Below are positions 48,850-60,419 of a DNA stretch of 64,000 bases, in pieces (the first letter of the stretch is position 1; every line of letters begins with the position of its first letter). Under the pieces are notes generated by a model. The model had not been told where the DNA came from, searched no databases, and saw only the letters and a program-made list of their open reading frames with translations. Position numbers and translations under genes: made by a program. Location: NCBI GenBank assembly GCA_963707915.1, contig OY970178.1:1280001-1344000 (forward strand), read 5' to 3'. This stretch comes from Candidatus Eiseniibacteriota bacterium. Lineage in GTDB: Bacteria; Eisenbacteria; RBG-16-71-46.

Positions 48850-49518
48850 CTATCGAATCACGACCAACCGACTCGTCCAGGCCGCCGAGCCGAGGCGGGC
48901 GGTCACGAAGTAGATCCCCGCGCCGACCGGGCTGCCGCCGGCGTCACGGAGGTCCCAGGACAGCTCGCCCTGGCCCGCCGCCCGCTCGCCGTCGGCGAGG
49001 GTCCGCACGCGGCGACCCTGGGCGTCGAACACGTCGACCTGGACCCGCGCCGGCTGCGGCATCGAGTAGACCCAGCGCGCGGACGCGCGCGCGGGGTTGG
49101 GCCGCGGCGGAGAGAACGAGAGCGAAAGCGCGGCCGGGTCGACGCCCACGGTCATCACCTGGCGGATCCACAGATTCGACAGCTTCGACCAGTTCCCGGC
49201 GCCATCCGCCGCCTTGATGGCCATGAAGTACGTCACGTCGTCGGACAGGCCCGAGACCACGAACGACTCCAGCGTCCCGGCGACCGCGGGCGACGGCAGC
49301 CCCGTGACCTTCGTGGCCAGCAGGAAGTTCGAAGTCGTGATCGGGAGGCGCGAGTAGCGCAGGTCGTAGACCTGGGCTCGCCCGAAGACGCTGTCGGCGC
49401 CGGGGGCGGTCCAGTGAAGCGTAATCGGAGTGGAGGAAGCCAGTGCGACCGAAGCGAGCACCGTCATGCCGACGGCGTTCGAGATCGCCAGCATGGCCAC
49501 GCGCCGTGCGAGACTCAT
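48850..49518 (-). CDS. Secreted FN3 domain plus FlgD-Ig-like tail protein
   Basis: LHWTAPG..YDLRYS..TYFMAIKA.D..GNWS, then PRPNP..DAQGRRV..WD..GIYF..LVVIR. Confidence 0.85.
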   Translation of the reverse strand: MSLARRVAMLAISNAVGMTVLASVALASSTPITLHWTAPGADSVFGRAQVYDLRYSRLPITTSNFLLATKVTGLPSPAVAGTLESFVVSGLSDDVTYFMAIKAADGAGNWSKLSNLWIRQVMTVGVDPAALSLSFSPPRPNPARASARWVYSMPQPARVQVDVFDAQGRRVRTLADGERAAGQGELSWDLRDAGGSPVGAGIYFVTARLGSAAWTSRLVVIR

Positions 49519-50096
49519 CAGCCCCCCAGTTGGCCGGGCCCGGGATCGGCGGATCTTGCGGGCAGGCCTGACACTTCCCCGGCACGTGTGCGCCCGGGGC
49601 GACCTTGCTTTGAACCAAGCCGAGGGGGCTCGTGGGCTGCCGGTCGCGGATCGGCCCGAGCCACGTGCGGTGGCTCGATCCACGCTGCGGCGCGGCGCGA
49701 GCGGAAGGTGAGAAGCGGGCCACTCGTGCGCCGACGTCCGGCGGTTCCGGCCTACGCAATTCCGGCGCCAACCGCGAGGGGATCGCGAGCGGACGGCCAA
49801 ACGTCAGCCGGGCATCAGGATGTCGGATCGGACCGAAACGAACTCATCCGGTCCGGTGACCTCGGTGCGCGGAGCGCGCACACACGGTGAGGCGCGGTCG
49901 CTACGGGGCACGGCCAGGGTGGCGCAGCTTCACCGCTGGCGGTCGCGGGTGAGCCCGCCAGGGCCGGGAGGCGGACGAGGAGCGTGACGAGCGCGGGAGC
50001 AACGTCCGACGACGAATCCCGCCGGCGCACGCGCACCGGCGGGAGGTCGAATCCAGTGACCGGGATCGGCGAGTCGTGCCTAGCCCCTCAACGCCT

Positions 50097-50124
50097 GAGG
50101 CGGCGTCCGGGGGGACGCCGCCTC
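50097..50124 (-). terminator. 12-bp GC hairpin downstream of the csp gene (no clear U tract)
   Basis: GAGGCGGCGTCC-4nt-GGACGCCGCCTC. Confidence 0.5.
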
Positions 50125-50152
50125 GATGGCGTGAAGTGGTACCCGGAGCGGA

Positions 50153-50353
50153 TCAGGCCTTGCGGACGTTCGCTGCCTGCAGGCCCTTCGGGCCCTGCGT
50201 CACGTCGAACTCCAGCGCCTCGCCCTCGGCCAGCGTCTTGAAGCCGTCGCCCGAGATCGCGGAGAAGTGGACGAACACGTCCTCGCCACCCTCCTGAGAG
50301 ATGAATCCGAACCCCTTCGCTTCGTTGAACCACTTCACGGTGCCACGAGCCAC
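50153..50353 (-). CDS. Cold-shock protein (CspA family)
   Basis: [34 protein letters not shown]. Confidence 0.96.
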   Translation of the reverse strand: MARGTVKWFNEAKGFGFISQEGGEDVFVHFSAISGDGFKTLAEGEALEFDVTQGPKGLQAANVRKA

Positions 50354-50625
50354 TTGGAACTCCTTGATGCCGGGTCCGAAGACCCTGTGCTTTGCCGCCC
50401 GAACACGTGGCGGCGACGGCCGGTCAGGCTGACCGGAACTCCGGCGGCTGGAACGGGCCAAGCAGAAACGCCAGGGACTTGTCCCTGGCGGAATCGAACC
50501 GACTGGCTCGCATCCCAATCAACCGAAGACAAAGGGGACTTTGCACCTTCCGGGCCCGGAACGCAAGCCGCCCCGGGGGGGGGCGGCTTGCCCTGCGGGT
50601 CGCCGGCGGCGCGCAGGCACCGGGC

Positions 50626-50653
50626 TTGACGTTCGGGCGATTGGGGCTAGTAT
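50626..50653 (+). promoter_or_regulatory. Sigma70-like promoter TTGACG-N16-TAGTAT
   Basis: Lies about 10 nt upstream of the riboswitch 5' end. Confidence 0.55.
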
Positions 50654-50663
50654 GGCCCCGCAC

Positions 50664-50766
50664 AAAGGGGAGTAGTTCACGCCGCCCTCACGCGGCGTCG
50701 GGGAGATCGACAAACCGGCCGCTGGCCCGGTCCCCCACCTCGCGCACCGAGGCGAACGAGACCTTC
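50664..50766 (+). ncRNA. yybP-ykoY (Mn2+) riboswitch
   Basis: Hallmark ends AAAGGGGAGTAG ... CGAGACCTT, with internal helices and an L3-like GATCGACAAACCGG..CCGGTC segment. It sits in the 5' UTR of a cation transporter. Confidence 0.85.
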
Positions 50767-50835
50767 AGGCAGGGAGGATTCCCGCCGGGGTTTCGGTGTT
50801 CGCCGCGACACCTCGGTCACCACCGGAGGCCGAGC

Positions 50836-52032
50836 ATGTCGCAGGGCTGGTTCCCCAAGGTGTCGCTCGCGGTCGCCGTCGCCGTTCCGAGCCTGGTCGT
50901 CCGCTTCGGCCATGTCCCGATCAGCCCGGAGTGGTCGCTGCTCGTCTTCGGTTCCGCCGTGGTCACGGCCGCGTTCCTGCTGACCTGGGCCGCCGAGACC
51001 GCCCAGGTCGACATCTCGGCCAGCCTCGCGATCGCCATCCTCGCGCTGATCGCCGTCCTGCCCGAGTACGCCGTCGACCTCTACTTCGCGTTCACGGCCG
51101 GGCACCGGCCCGAGTACACGCAGTACGCGGCGGCCAACATGACCGGCAGCAACCGGCTGCTGCTCGGCCTGGGCTGGCCGCTCGTCGCGCTGGTCTTCCT
51201 CTGGGGCGCGCGGCGCCGGGGTGGCCTGGAGACCGTCGTCCGCCTGGAGCCGAGGCGCGGGGTCGAGTTGGCCTTCCTGGCCGCCGCGGGCATCTACGCG
51301 TTCCTGATCCCGTTGACCCGGCGCATCTCGCTGCTGGACTCGGTCGTCCTGCTCGCGCTGTTCGTCGCCTACGCCTGGCGCGTCGCCCAGGAGGAACGCA
51401 GCGAGCCCGACCTGGAGGGCGTGGCCGAGGAGCTGGCCGCTCTGCCGGCGGGCGCGAGGCGGGGCGCCGTGGTCGTCATGTTCGTCCTGGCGGCGGTGTT
51501 CATCGTCTGCGCGGCGGAGCCGTTCGCCAACGCGCTGGTCGAGGCGGGCAAGGACCTGGGCATCGACGAGTTCCTGCTCGTCCAGTGGCTGGCGCCGCTG
51601 GCGTCCGAGGCGCCCGAGTTCATCGTCGCGATGATGCTGGCGTGGCGAGGGAAGGGCGACCTGGCGATGGGCACGTTGCTCTCGTCCAAGGTGAACCAGT
51701 GGACGCTGCTCGTGGGGTGCCTCCCGATCGCGCACTGCTTCGGCGGCGGCGGCTGGCACCTGCCCCTGGACGCTCGCCAGAACGAGGAGTTCTTCCTCAC
51801 CGCGGCGCAGACCGTCCTGGGCTTCGCGGTCGTCGTCGACCTCGCCTTCGGCGCGTGGGAGGCGGTGGCGCTCCTGCTCCTCTTCGTCCTGCAGTTCTTC
51901 TTCCCGCAGCAGGACGTCCGCCTCGGTTTCGCCACGGCCTACCTCGTGCTGGCGGCGATCATCCTGTTCAAGCGGCGGGCGAGCCTGGTGAACCTCGCCC
52001 GCTCGCTGCGGGTCGTGCGTCGCGGCCCCTAA
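50836..52032 (+). CDS. CaCA (sodium:calcium antiporter) family transporter
   Basis: Alpha repeats AVLPEY..ANMTGSN and ASEAPE..LSSKVNQ, with about 10 TM helices. Confidence 0.88.
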   Translation: MSQGWFPKVSLAVAVAVPSLVVRFGHVPISPEWSLLVFGSAVVTAAFLLTWAAETAQVDISASLAIAILALIAVLPEYAVDLYFAFTAGHRPEYTQYAAANMTGSNRLLLGLGWPLVALVFLWGARRRGGLETVVRLEPRRGVELAFLAAAGIYAFLIPLTRRISLLDSVVLLALFVAYAWRVAQEERSEPDLEGVAEELAALPAGARRGAVVVMFVLAAVFIVCAAEPFANALVEAGKDLGIDEFLLVQWLAPLASEAPEFIVAMMLAWRGKGDLAMGTLLSSKVNQWTLLVGCLPIAHCFGGGGWHLPLDARQNEEFFLTAAQTVLGFAVVVDLAFGAWEAVALLLLFVLQFFFPQQDVRLGFATAYLVLAAIILFKRRASLVNLARSLRVVRRGP

Positions 52033-52073
52033 GGGCCCGCGGCGAAGCGGTGAGCGGCCCGTCCGGGAGGGCA

Positions 52074-52346
52074 GGCGTGGCGGCGGCCCTGATCGCGGCC
52101 GTCGGACCGAAGCGGACCTTCCAGTACATGGGGGCGGCCTTCCTCGCCGTCATGCTCGTCCTCTTCCTCCCGTTCCGCTTCCCCAGGGACGGATGGACGC
52201 TCGCCGGATGGCGGCCGGGCGGCGCCGCGAGGGCCGCCCCGGTGGAGATGGACACGGCGCACATGGCGCGGACCTCCTCCTTCCTGGGCCTCTTCCTCTG
52301 CTACGTGATCGGCACGCTCGCGGGGCTCATGGCCATCGGGATCTCC
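52074..52346 (+). pseudogene. Internal fragment of an OFA-type MFS transporter
   Basis: LIAAVGPKRTFQYMG...FP..GW..AGW...MARTSSFLGLFLCYVIGTLAGLMAIG has no start and is cut by the convergent phosphatase gene. Confidence 0.6.
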
Positions 52347-53476
52347 GACGTCCGTCTCAGCATCAGCAGCGTCACGTCGTCCGCGGGCGGGGCGCCGGCG
52401 GCGTGGGCCTCGAGCCGCGCCACCACGCGCTGCCGGAGCTCCGCCAGCGGGACCGCCGCTCCGCCCTGGAGCGTCTCGCGCAGCCGTTCCTCCCCGAACA
52501 TCTCCCCGCCGGGACTCATGCACTCGGTGAGCCCGTCGGTGTAAGCGACGAGCGTGTCGCCGGGGCGCATCTCGACCGCCCCCGCCACGATGGCCCGCTC
52601 CGGGAACAGCCCGAGCGGAGGACCGCCCAGCATGGGCAACACCTCGAACTCGCCGTCGGCCCCCCGCAGGAGGAAGGGCGGCGGATGACCGGCAAGCGAG
52701 AACTCGATCCGTCCGCCGGGCGGATCCAGCACCCCGAAACAGGCGGTCGCGAATCTCCCGGGCGGCACGGTCCGCGCGAGCTGGCGGCTGAGGCGCGCGA
52801 GCACCCGGTCGGGCGGGGTCAGCGCGTCCTCGGCCGAGTGCAGCAGCACGCGCATCATCGCCATCAGGACCGCCGCCTGCGGGCCGTGCCCCGATGCATC
52901 GCCGAGCAGGAATCCGGTCCGACCGCCGGGGACCGCGAAGAAGTCGTAGTAGTCTCCGCCCGCCTGCGCGCTGGTGGCGTAGTACACCTGCCACTCGTAG
53001 CCGCCGACCTCCGGGAGTTCGAGGGGCAGCATCTCCCGCTGCAGGTCGCCGACCGCCCTGACCTCCCGGTCGAGGGCCTCCTTCACCTGGTCGAGTTGCT
53101 CGAAGAGCCTGCGGTCACGCTCCCGATCGGCACGGATGAAGTCCAGGGTCAGCGCGACGGTCACGTAGATCCCCAACTCGGCCCCGAGGTTCCAGTAGAA
53201 CACGCTCGGACTGGAGAACCCCGGTCCGACCAGGCGCACCGCGATCCCCCACGCCCCCGCGCTGAGACCGGCGACGGCGATCCCCGTCCTCCAGCCCACG
53301 AACCACCCGGCGACCGCGATCCCGACCACGTAGAACAGCGACGAGGACACCTCGTTGCCGCTCAGGTAGTCCAGCCCGAACGCGGCGGCGAGGAGCGCGA
53401 GTGCCCCCACCGTCCCGACGGCCGGCCGCCAGCGCCCGGCACCGCGACCGGCCCCCGCCTGCGGGGACGCGCTCAT
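52301..53476 (-). CDS. Membrane-anchored PP2C/SpoIIE (RsbU-like) phosphatase
   Basis: Four N-terminal TM helices and a coiled coil, then GGDYYD, GDASGHG, AGHPP, YTDGLTE and DDVT motifs. Confidence 0.92.
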   Translation of the reverse strand: MSASPQAGAGRGAGRWRPAVGTVGALALLAAAFGLDYLSGNEVSSSLFYVVGIAVAGWFVGWRTGIAVAGLSAGAWGIAVRLVGPGFSSPSVFYWNLGAELGIYVTVALTLDFIRADRERDRRLFEQLDQVKEALDREVRAVGDLQREMLPLELPEVGGYEWQVYYATSAQAGGDYYDFFAVPGGRTGFLLGDASGHGPQAAVLMAMMRVLLHSAEDALTPPDRVLARLSRQLARTVPPGRFATACFGVLDPPGGRIEFSLAGHPPPFLLRGADGEFEVLPMLGGPPLGLFPERAIVAGAVEMRPGDTLVAYTDGLTECMSPGGEMFGEERLRETLQGGAAVPLAELRQRVVARLEAHAAGAPPADDVTLLMLRRTSEIPMAMSPASVPIT

Positions 53477-54960
53477 CGGGAGCGCGGTCGGGCCCCGCCG
53501 GGGGCGGGCGGGCGGGACCGGGGCGGCGGCTGCGGAAGCTCCGCACCAGCGCTTCCGCCCAGTCGGCCGTGAGGATCCACCCGTTGAGCGTAGACGTGCA
53601 GCCCCGCCCGGCCGTCGGTCCACGCCGCGACCGCCCCTCCGGATCCGTCGGCGCAGACGGCAAGGGAACTCTGGAAGCCCGGCGCGTCGCTCACGACGAT
53701 GCCGTCCGCCTGCCAGGCCGCGGTCCCCGCGCTGTCGATCCGCTGCGCGTACAGGTCGCCGAAGGGGTCGTCGCGCGCGTCACGCCACATCACGATCGCA
53801 CCGCCCGCGTCCGCCCGGCTCACCGCGACCTCGGCCTGCGCCCCCGAAGCCCGGCACACCGCGATGCCGTCGGCGCCCCAGCGCACCGTTCCCGAGGCGC
53901 GCACGGACTGCACCCGAACGTCCGAGGCCGCGTCCTCGAAGGACCGGGTCTGCCAGGCGACGATGGCGCCGCCCCCGCCGTCCTCGACGATCGCCGGCGC
54001 CGAATCGTCGCTGGTCGAGATGTCGATGCCCTCGTCACCCCACCGGAGTCGTCCGGCAGCGTCGAGTCGCTGCGCCCGGATCGACCCGGATTCCCACGCC
54101 ACGATGACGCCGCCGCGGCCGTCGGCGAGGGACACGGGCCGCGCGTCCGACCCGGCCCCGTCGTCCACCACCACCCCGCCCGGCCCCCACGCAAGATCGC
54201 CTCCCGCATCCACCCGCTGGGCGAGGATGCCGGCGCCCGCTTCCTCGCCACTCGAGTCCCCCGCGACCCACACGAAGATGCCGCCCGAGCCGGCCGGCAC
54301 GACCTGGGGTGTCAGCCGGGCGCCCGGACCGGCGAGGAGCGGGATCCCATCCACGGACCATCGCACGCGGCCGGCGCTGTCGACGGCCTGGGCGTAGAGG
54401 TCCGCGCCGGGGCCTTCGCGCACGTCCTGCCAGCCGACGAGGGCGCCGCCATGTCCGTCCGCGGCGATCACCGGGCCGATCTGGTCGCCCGCCGCGAGGG
54501 TGATGGGCACGCCATCGCGCGGCCAGCGGAGGTTCCCCGATCGGTCGATCCGCTGGGCGAAGACGTCCCAGTCCCTGACACGCCGGTCGTCCTGCCACAC
54601 GACGATGGCCCCGCCGGAGGAGTCCGGCGCCAGCGCCGGTCGCTGCTGGTCGCTGGCCAGCGGACAGACGGCGATGCCGCCATCGCCCCACGCGGGCCGG
54701 CCATCACGATCGACGCGCTGTGCGAACACGCCCTTGACGCCGTCCGGCGCCGTCGTCTCCCAGGCCACGATCACGCCGCCCGATCCGTCGGGGACGACCT
54801 GCGGCGCTCCCTCGCTCACCGGGGCCGTGCAGATCGGCAGATTCACGGAGGGGGCGTCCGGCCAGGCGGCAAAGCAGGGCGCCACCGCCAGCATCATCAC
54901 GGCCGCGACGGCGAGCGCCGCCGCCGGTCCCGGCCACTTCATTCCCCGCTCTCGCGACAT
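53473..54960 (-). CDS. Secreted repeat protein (probable beta-propeller)
   Basis: Signal peptide and about seven repeats of DGxGGAIVxWxD...AQRxDxxGxxxW. Confidence 0.82.
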   Translation of the reverse strand: MSRERGMKWPGPAAALAVAAVMMLAVAPCFAAWPDAPSVNLPICTAPVSEGAPQVVPDGSGGVIVAWETTAPDGVKGVFAQRVDRDGRPAWGDGGIAVCPLASDQQRPALAPDSSGGAIVVWQDDRRVRDWDVFAQRIDRSGNLRWPRDGVPITLAAGDQIGPVIAADGHGGALVGWQDVREGPGADLYAQAVDSAGRVRWSVDGIPLLAGPGARLTPQVVPAGSGGIFVWVAGDSSGEEAGAGILAQRVDAGGDLAWGPGGVVVDDGAGSDARPVSLADGRGGVIVAWESGSIRAQRLDAAGRLRWGDEGIDISTSDDSAPAIVEDGGGGAIVAWQTRSFEDAASDVRVQSVRASGTVRWGADGIAVCRASGAQAEVAVSRADAGGAIVMWRDARDDPFGDLYAQRIDSAGTAAWQADGIVVSDAPGFQSSLAVCADGSGGAVAAWTDGRAGLHVYAQRVDPHGRLGGSAGAELPQPPPRSRPPAPGGARPRSR

Positions 54961-54975
54961 GACACCTCCCCCCGC

Positions 54976-55470
54976 CTAGCCGTTCCTCTGCCCGAGCAGT
55001 GCGATGATCTTCTGCTGCTCCTCGAGCAGCTTGAGTTGCCGCACGTTGATGGCATGCAGGGCCGTGAGGGTCTCGTGGTCCGCCTCCGCGCGCGCGTCCT
55101 GGCTGGCCGAGATGACGTTCTGGCCGACGATGATGATCGGCAGCAGCACGAGCTGCAGGAAGGACTGGCTCAGCCACGCGATGCCGGTCACGGTGTCGCC
55201 CTTCAGGAACGCGGCCACCGCCTGCGGAAACGACACCAGCCCGATGAGGGCGAAGAGATAGGCCGCCCACATCGTCCCGACGCTCCGAGTGATCCGCACG
55301 GCCAGCCAGTTGTTGAATCGCGCGACCGGGCGATTCCGGTGCATCCGCTCGCGGACGTGGCGGGACGTCACCAGCCGCGGGACATGCGCCGCGGGGGCGG
55401 ATCTCGCGGCCGCCAGCGCCGCCGCGTGCGCGTCATCGATCCTCGCTTCGTCCGGTCTGTGGCCGTCCAT
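54976..55470 (-). CDS. DUF1003-like membrane protein
   Basis: LAVRITRSVGTM...FLQLVLLPIIIVGQN..DARAEADH. Confidence 0.75.
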   Translation of the reverse strand: MDGHRPDEARIDDAHAAALAAARSAPAAHVPRLVTSRHVRERMHRNRPVARFNNWLAVRITRSVGTMWAAYLFALIGLVSFPQAVAAFLKGDTVTGIAWLSQSFLQLVLLPIIIVGQNVISASQDARAEADHETLTALHAINVRQLKLLEEQQKIIALLGQRNG

Positions 55471-55554
55471 CCTGCCTCCTTCTGGCCGGTCAGGCTTCGC
55501 GGCCCGTGCCGTGCCGCCTGCCCGAGGTGGCCGCCTGCCGCGCGCGGCGCCCGC

Positions 55555-57624
<2,070 letters not shown>

Positions 57625-57953
57625 GGAGCTCTCCTGTGGTCCCGGTGGTGGCGGAGCGGCGTTTCCGTCGCGCCGTCGCACGTCGGCGGGGGCTCGCGCT
57701 TCGAGGTCCTGCGCGCTCGCGCGACGATGGGAGTCGTCGGAACTGGAAACGATCGAGCGGCAGGCGTTCCCTCGGCCGAGCGAACGGGTCACAGCGTACC
57801 CGCGGAGAGGTTAGCGCAGGCAGGCGGCAGGCGCCATCCGCCCGGCCGCGGGGAGGATCGGGCGCGGCACCCGCCGCGCCGGATCGCGTCCGCGCCCCCC
57901 GCCCTCCCGCCGAAGCGCTCGCGCCGGCGGGACGTCGGGGGGCGCGGTCGAGC

Positions 57954-58463
57954 TCAGTCGCGGCGGTGGCCCCGCCCCTCGCCGTCGGACTTCCGCCCCC
58001 GCTCGGGCGGTCCGGCCGGCCGGTCACCTTCCTGCCCGCGGCCCCGCTCATCGGACTTCCTCATCTGCCCGGGAGGGCCGCCCATGGGGTGGTGACGCCA
58101 GTGCCTGCCCGGGACGTCGAACATCGGGCGCGGCACCTTCCTCGCGTCGATCCAGCCGAACGGGCCGCGGAAGCTCCGCGCGCGGTACCAGTACCCGTCG
58201 TTGCAGACGTAGTACCAGGAGCCGTAGCGGAACATGTCGTACCCGGGGTCCTGCTCGCCGAGGACCATCACCCGCATCCCCGGGACCATCACCATCCGGG
58301 GCGCCCGGACGAACTCGACCCGCGGGGGCGGCGGCGCGTTGCCGAAGTCGATCCGGAACCCGAAGTAGGTGCGGGTCTCCGCCGAAGCCGGGACCGTGGA
58401 GACCGCGAGTGTCGACGCCACGAGCAGTGCGACCGCCGCGCTGACGACGTGAGCCTGGCGCAT
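57954..58463 (-). CDS. Secreted Trp/Tyr-rich protein, paralog of 21840..22361
   Basis: Signal peptide, NAPPPP, FRYGSWYYVCNDGYWYR and GGPPGQMRK. Confidence 0.8.
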   Translation of the reverse strand: MRQAHVVSAAVALLVASTLAVSTVPASAETRTYFGFRIDFGNAPPPPRVEFVRAPRMVMVPGMRVMVLGEQDPGYDMFRYGSWYYVCNDGYWYRARSFRGPFGWIDARKVPRPMFDVPGRHWRHHPMGGPPGQMRKSDERGRGQEGDRPAGPPERGRKSDGEGRGHRRD

Positions 58464-58653
58464 GACATGCCTCCTTCCGACGAGGGGACGGGAACTGCCG
58501 TGGATCACGAACATGGACCGGCGGACCCCGCTTCACGAGCCCCGCCCGGTCGCGGCCTGGGCCGGGTCGTCCGGTCGGGGTGGCCGCGCGACCGGCGGTA
58601 GCAGGCGGCCGACACCGCCCCGGGGCGGGTCCGCCTGCCCATCCTGCAGGAGA

Positions 58654-59412
58654 TCATCCAGCCAGTTCGCCAGCGGGACCACGAGCACTGCCGCGACGGT
58701 CCAGGTCATCTGCCTCCTCCCTTCCCGATGGGCCGGGTTCCGGACCACCCGGCGCGGGCGGAGTCCACGCGCGGCCGTTCAGCGCGGTCCTCACCCAGGC
58801 GAACGTGGGCAGCCCGTTCCACTCGTCCACGAAGTGGCGATCGAGCCGGGCGCGCAGCGTGACGCGCGCCCGGTGCAGCCGCGCCCGCACCGCCGCCGGC
58901 TTCAGCCCCAGGATCTCCCCGGCAGCGGCGCTCGAGAGCCCCTGCAGGTCGCGCAGCACGAACACCGTGCGCAATTCCAGCGGCAGGAACTGGAGCGCCT
59001 CCGCCATCACCGCACGGGCCCGGGGCGTGAGCAGCTCCCCGGGCGGCCGGGCCGCCCAGTCGGGGAACTGCCGGGGTCCGGCGACCTCGCGAACGTCGCT
59101 CGGCGGGCCGAGCGCGACGGGGGCGTCGCGGCGCATGCGGTATCGCATCAGGCTCGCGTGGGTCGCGATCCGGTAGAGCCGGGCCGCGAACCGCTCTCCG
59201 CTCCCGAGACCGTCCAGCCCGCGGTAGGCCGCGAGGAACGTGTCCGTGAGCGCCCCGGCCGCATCGTCCTCGTCCTGGAGGAGCCGGTACGCGAGGCGGT
59301 AGACCTCGTGCTCGTGCCGTCGCACCAGCTCGTCGAAGGCGCGATCGTTCCCACGCCGGGCCAGCTCCGCCAGCCGTTCGTCGGTCGGCACCGGGTGCGG
59401 GAGGACCGTCAT
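58654..59412 (-). CDS. ECF sigma-70 factor (divergent copy with a C-terminal extension)
   Basis: GNDRAFDELVRRH..VYRLAYR..LYRIATH (region 2) and LP..LRTVFVLRD..GLS..EILG..RARLHRAR (region 4). Confidence 0.85.
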   Translation of the reverse strand: MTVLPHPVPTDERLAELARRGNDRAFDELVRRHEHEVYRLAYRLLQDEDDAAGALTDTFLAAYRGLDGLGSGERFAARLYRIATHASLMRYRMRRDAPVALGPPSDVREVAGPRQFPDWAARPPGELLTPRARAVMAEALQFLPLELRTVFVLRDLQGLSSAAAGEILGLKPAAVRARLHRARVTLRARLDRHFVDEWNGLPTFAWVRTALNGRAWTPPAPGGPEPGPSGREEADDLDRRGSARGPAGELAG

Positions 59413-60110
59413 GGGAGCTCCGCCGGCTGCAGCCCCGTCGTGCCTTGCCACTCGAGCGGGTCACGGACGACATCCCACCTGCGCTGCCGCCCGACCCCTG
59501 CCTGCTTCACGCGCCCCGCGAGGTAGGCGGCGAGCCGCCCGCGCAGCGCGATGCGCGCCCGGTGCAGCCGTGACTTCATCGCCGGCACCGACAGTCCGAG
59601 GATCTCGGCGACCTCCGCGTTCGCGTGCATCTCGAGGTCGCGCAGCACGAAGACCGCCCGCAGTTCGCCGGACAGTCCCTGGAGCCCCTCGGCAATGACC
59701 TCGAGCATCTCCGCCGTCAGCAGCTCGTCCGGCGGCTGGGCCGACCGGTCCGGCAGCTGCAGCGGCTCCGCTTCCCCGTTCCCGTCCTGCGATCGCTCGA
59801 GGGAGACGTGGTCGTGGCGCCGCCGGCGGTGCTTCATCAGGCTCGCGTTGGTCGCGATCCGGAAGAGCCAGGTCGAGAACCTGGCGTCCGCCCGGAAGCC
59901 CTTCAGCCCCCGGTAGGCGGAGAGGAAGGCGTCCTGCAGCGCCTCGCCGGCGTCGTCCTCGTTGCGCAGGATCCGGTACGAGAGCCGGTAGACCCGGTCC
60001 TGGTAGCGGCGCACCAGCTCGTCGAAGGCGCGGTTGTCGCCTTCCTGGGCCGCCTGCACCAACTGCTCGTCGGCCTTCGCCGACCGCGCGTCCGCCGTTC
60101 CCCTGGCCAT
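59409..60110 (-). CDS. ECF sigma-70 factor
   Basis: GDNRAFDELVRRYQ..QDAFLSAY..FSTWLFRIATN and EVAEILGLS..KSRLHRAR. Confidence 0.92.
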   Translation of the reverse strand: MARGTADARSAKADEQLVQAAQEGDNRAFDELVRRYQDRVYRLSYRILRNEDDAGEALQDAFLSAYRGLKGFRADARFSTWLFRIATNASLMKHRRRRHDHVSLERSQDGNGEAEPLQLPDRSAQPPDELLTAEMLEVIAEGLQGLSGELRAVFVLRDLEMHANAEVAEILGLSVPAMKSRLHRARIALRGRLAAYLAGRVKQAGVGRQRRWDVVRDPLEWQGTTGLQPAELP

Positions 60111-60419
60111 GGTGCGTCCTCCGTCAGCTGGCCGGTTCCGCCGCGGCGTACCGGTGATGCTGCTCCGCCTGGGTGACCGGGAGGCACCGGGTGGCGAGCG
60201 CCGGGATGACCCGGCTGGAGCCGCTCACCGGGAGCCTCCTTCGACCGCCGGGCGCCCGGCCCTTCCGCCGGGGCCCGCTCGCCGCCGGGTCGCGATGACC
60301 GGCCCGCCGGCTGGGAATGCGACCGGGGCGTGGCTCGCCGCGGCCTCATGAGCATCCTATGCGGGCCCGGTGGCCGCCGACTATCGGACCGCAGGCTGGA
60401 CCTGGGGTAGGTCGAAGTC

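Noticed and set aside
46136..48913. 925-aa plus-strand ORF (likewise 29989..32403, 14973..16958, 3015..5003 and 61..1152)
   Set aside because: These are shadow ORFs opposite well-supported genes.
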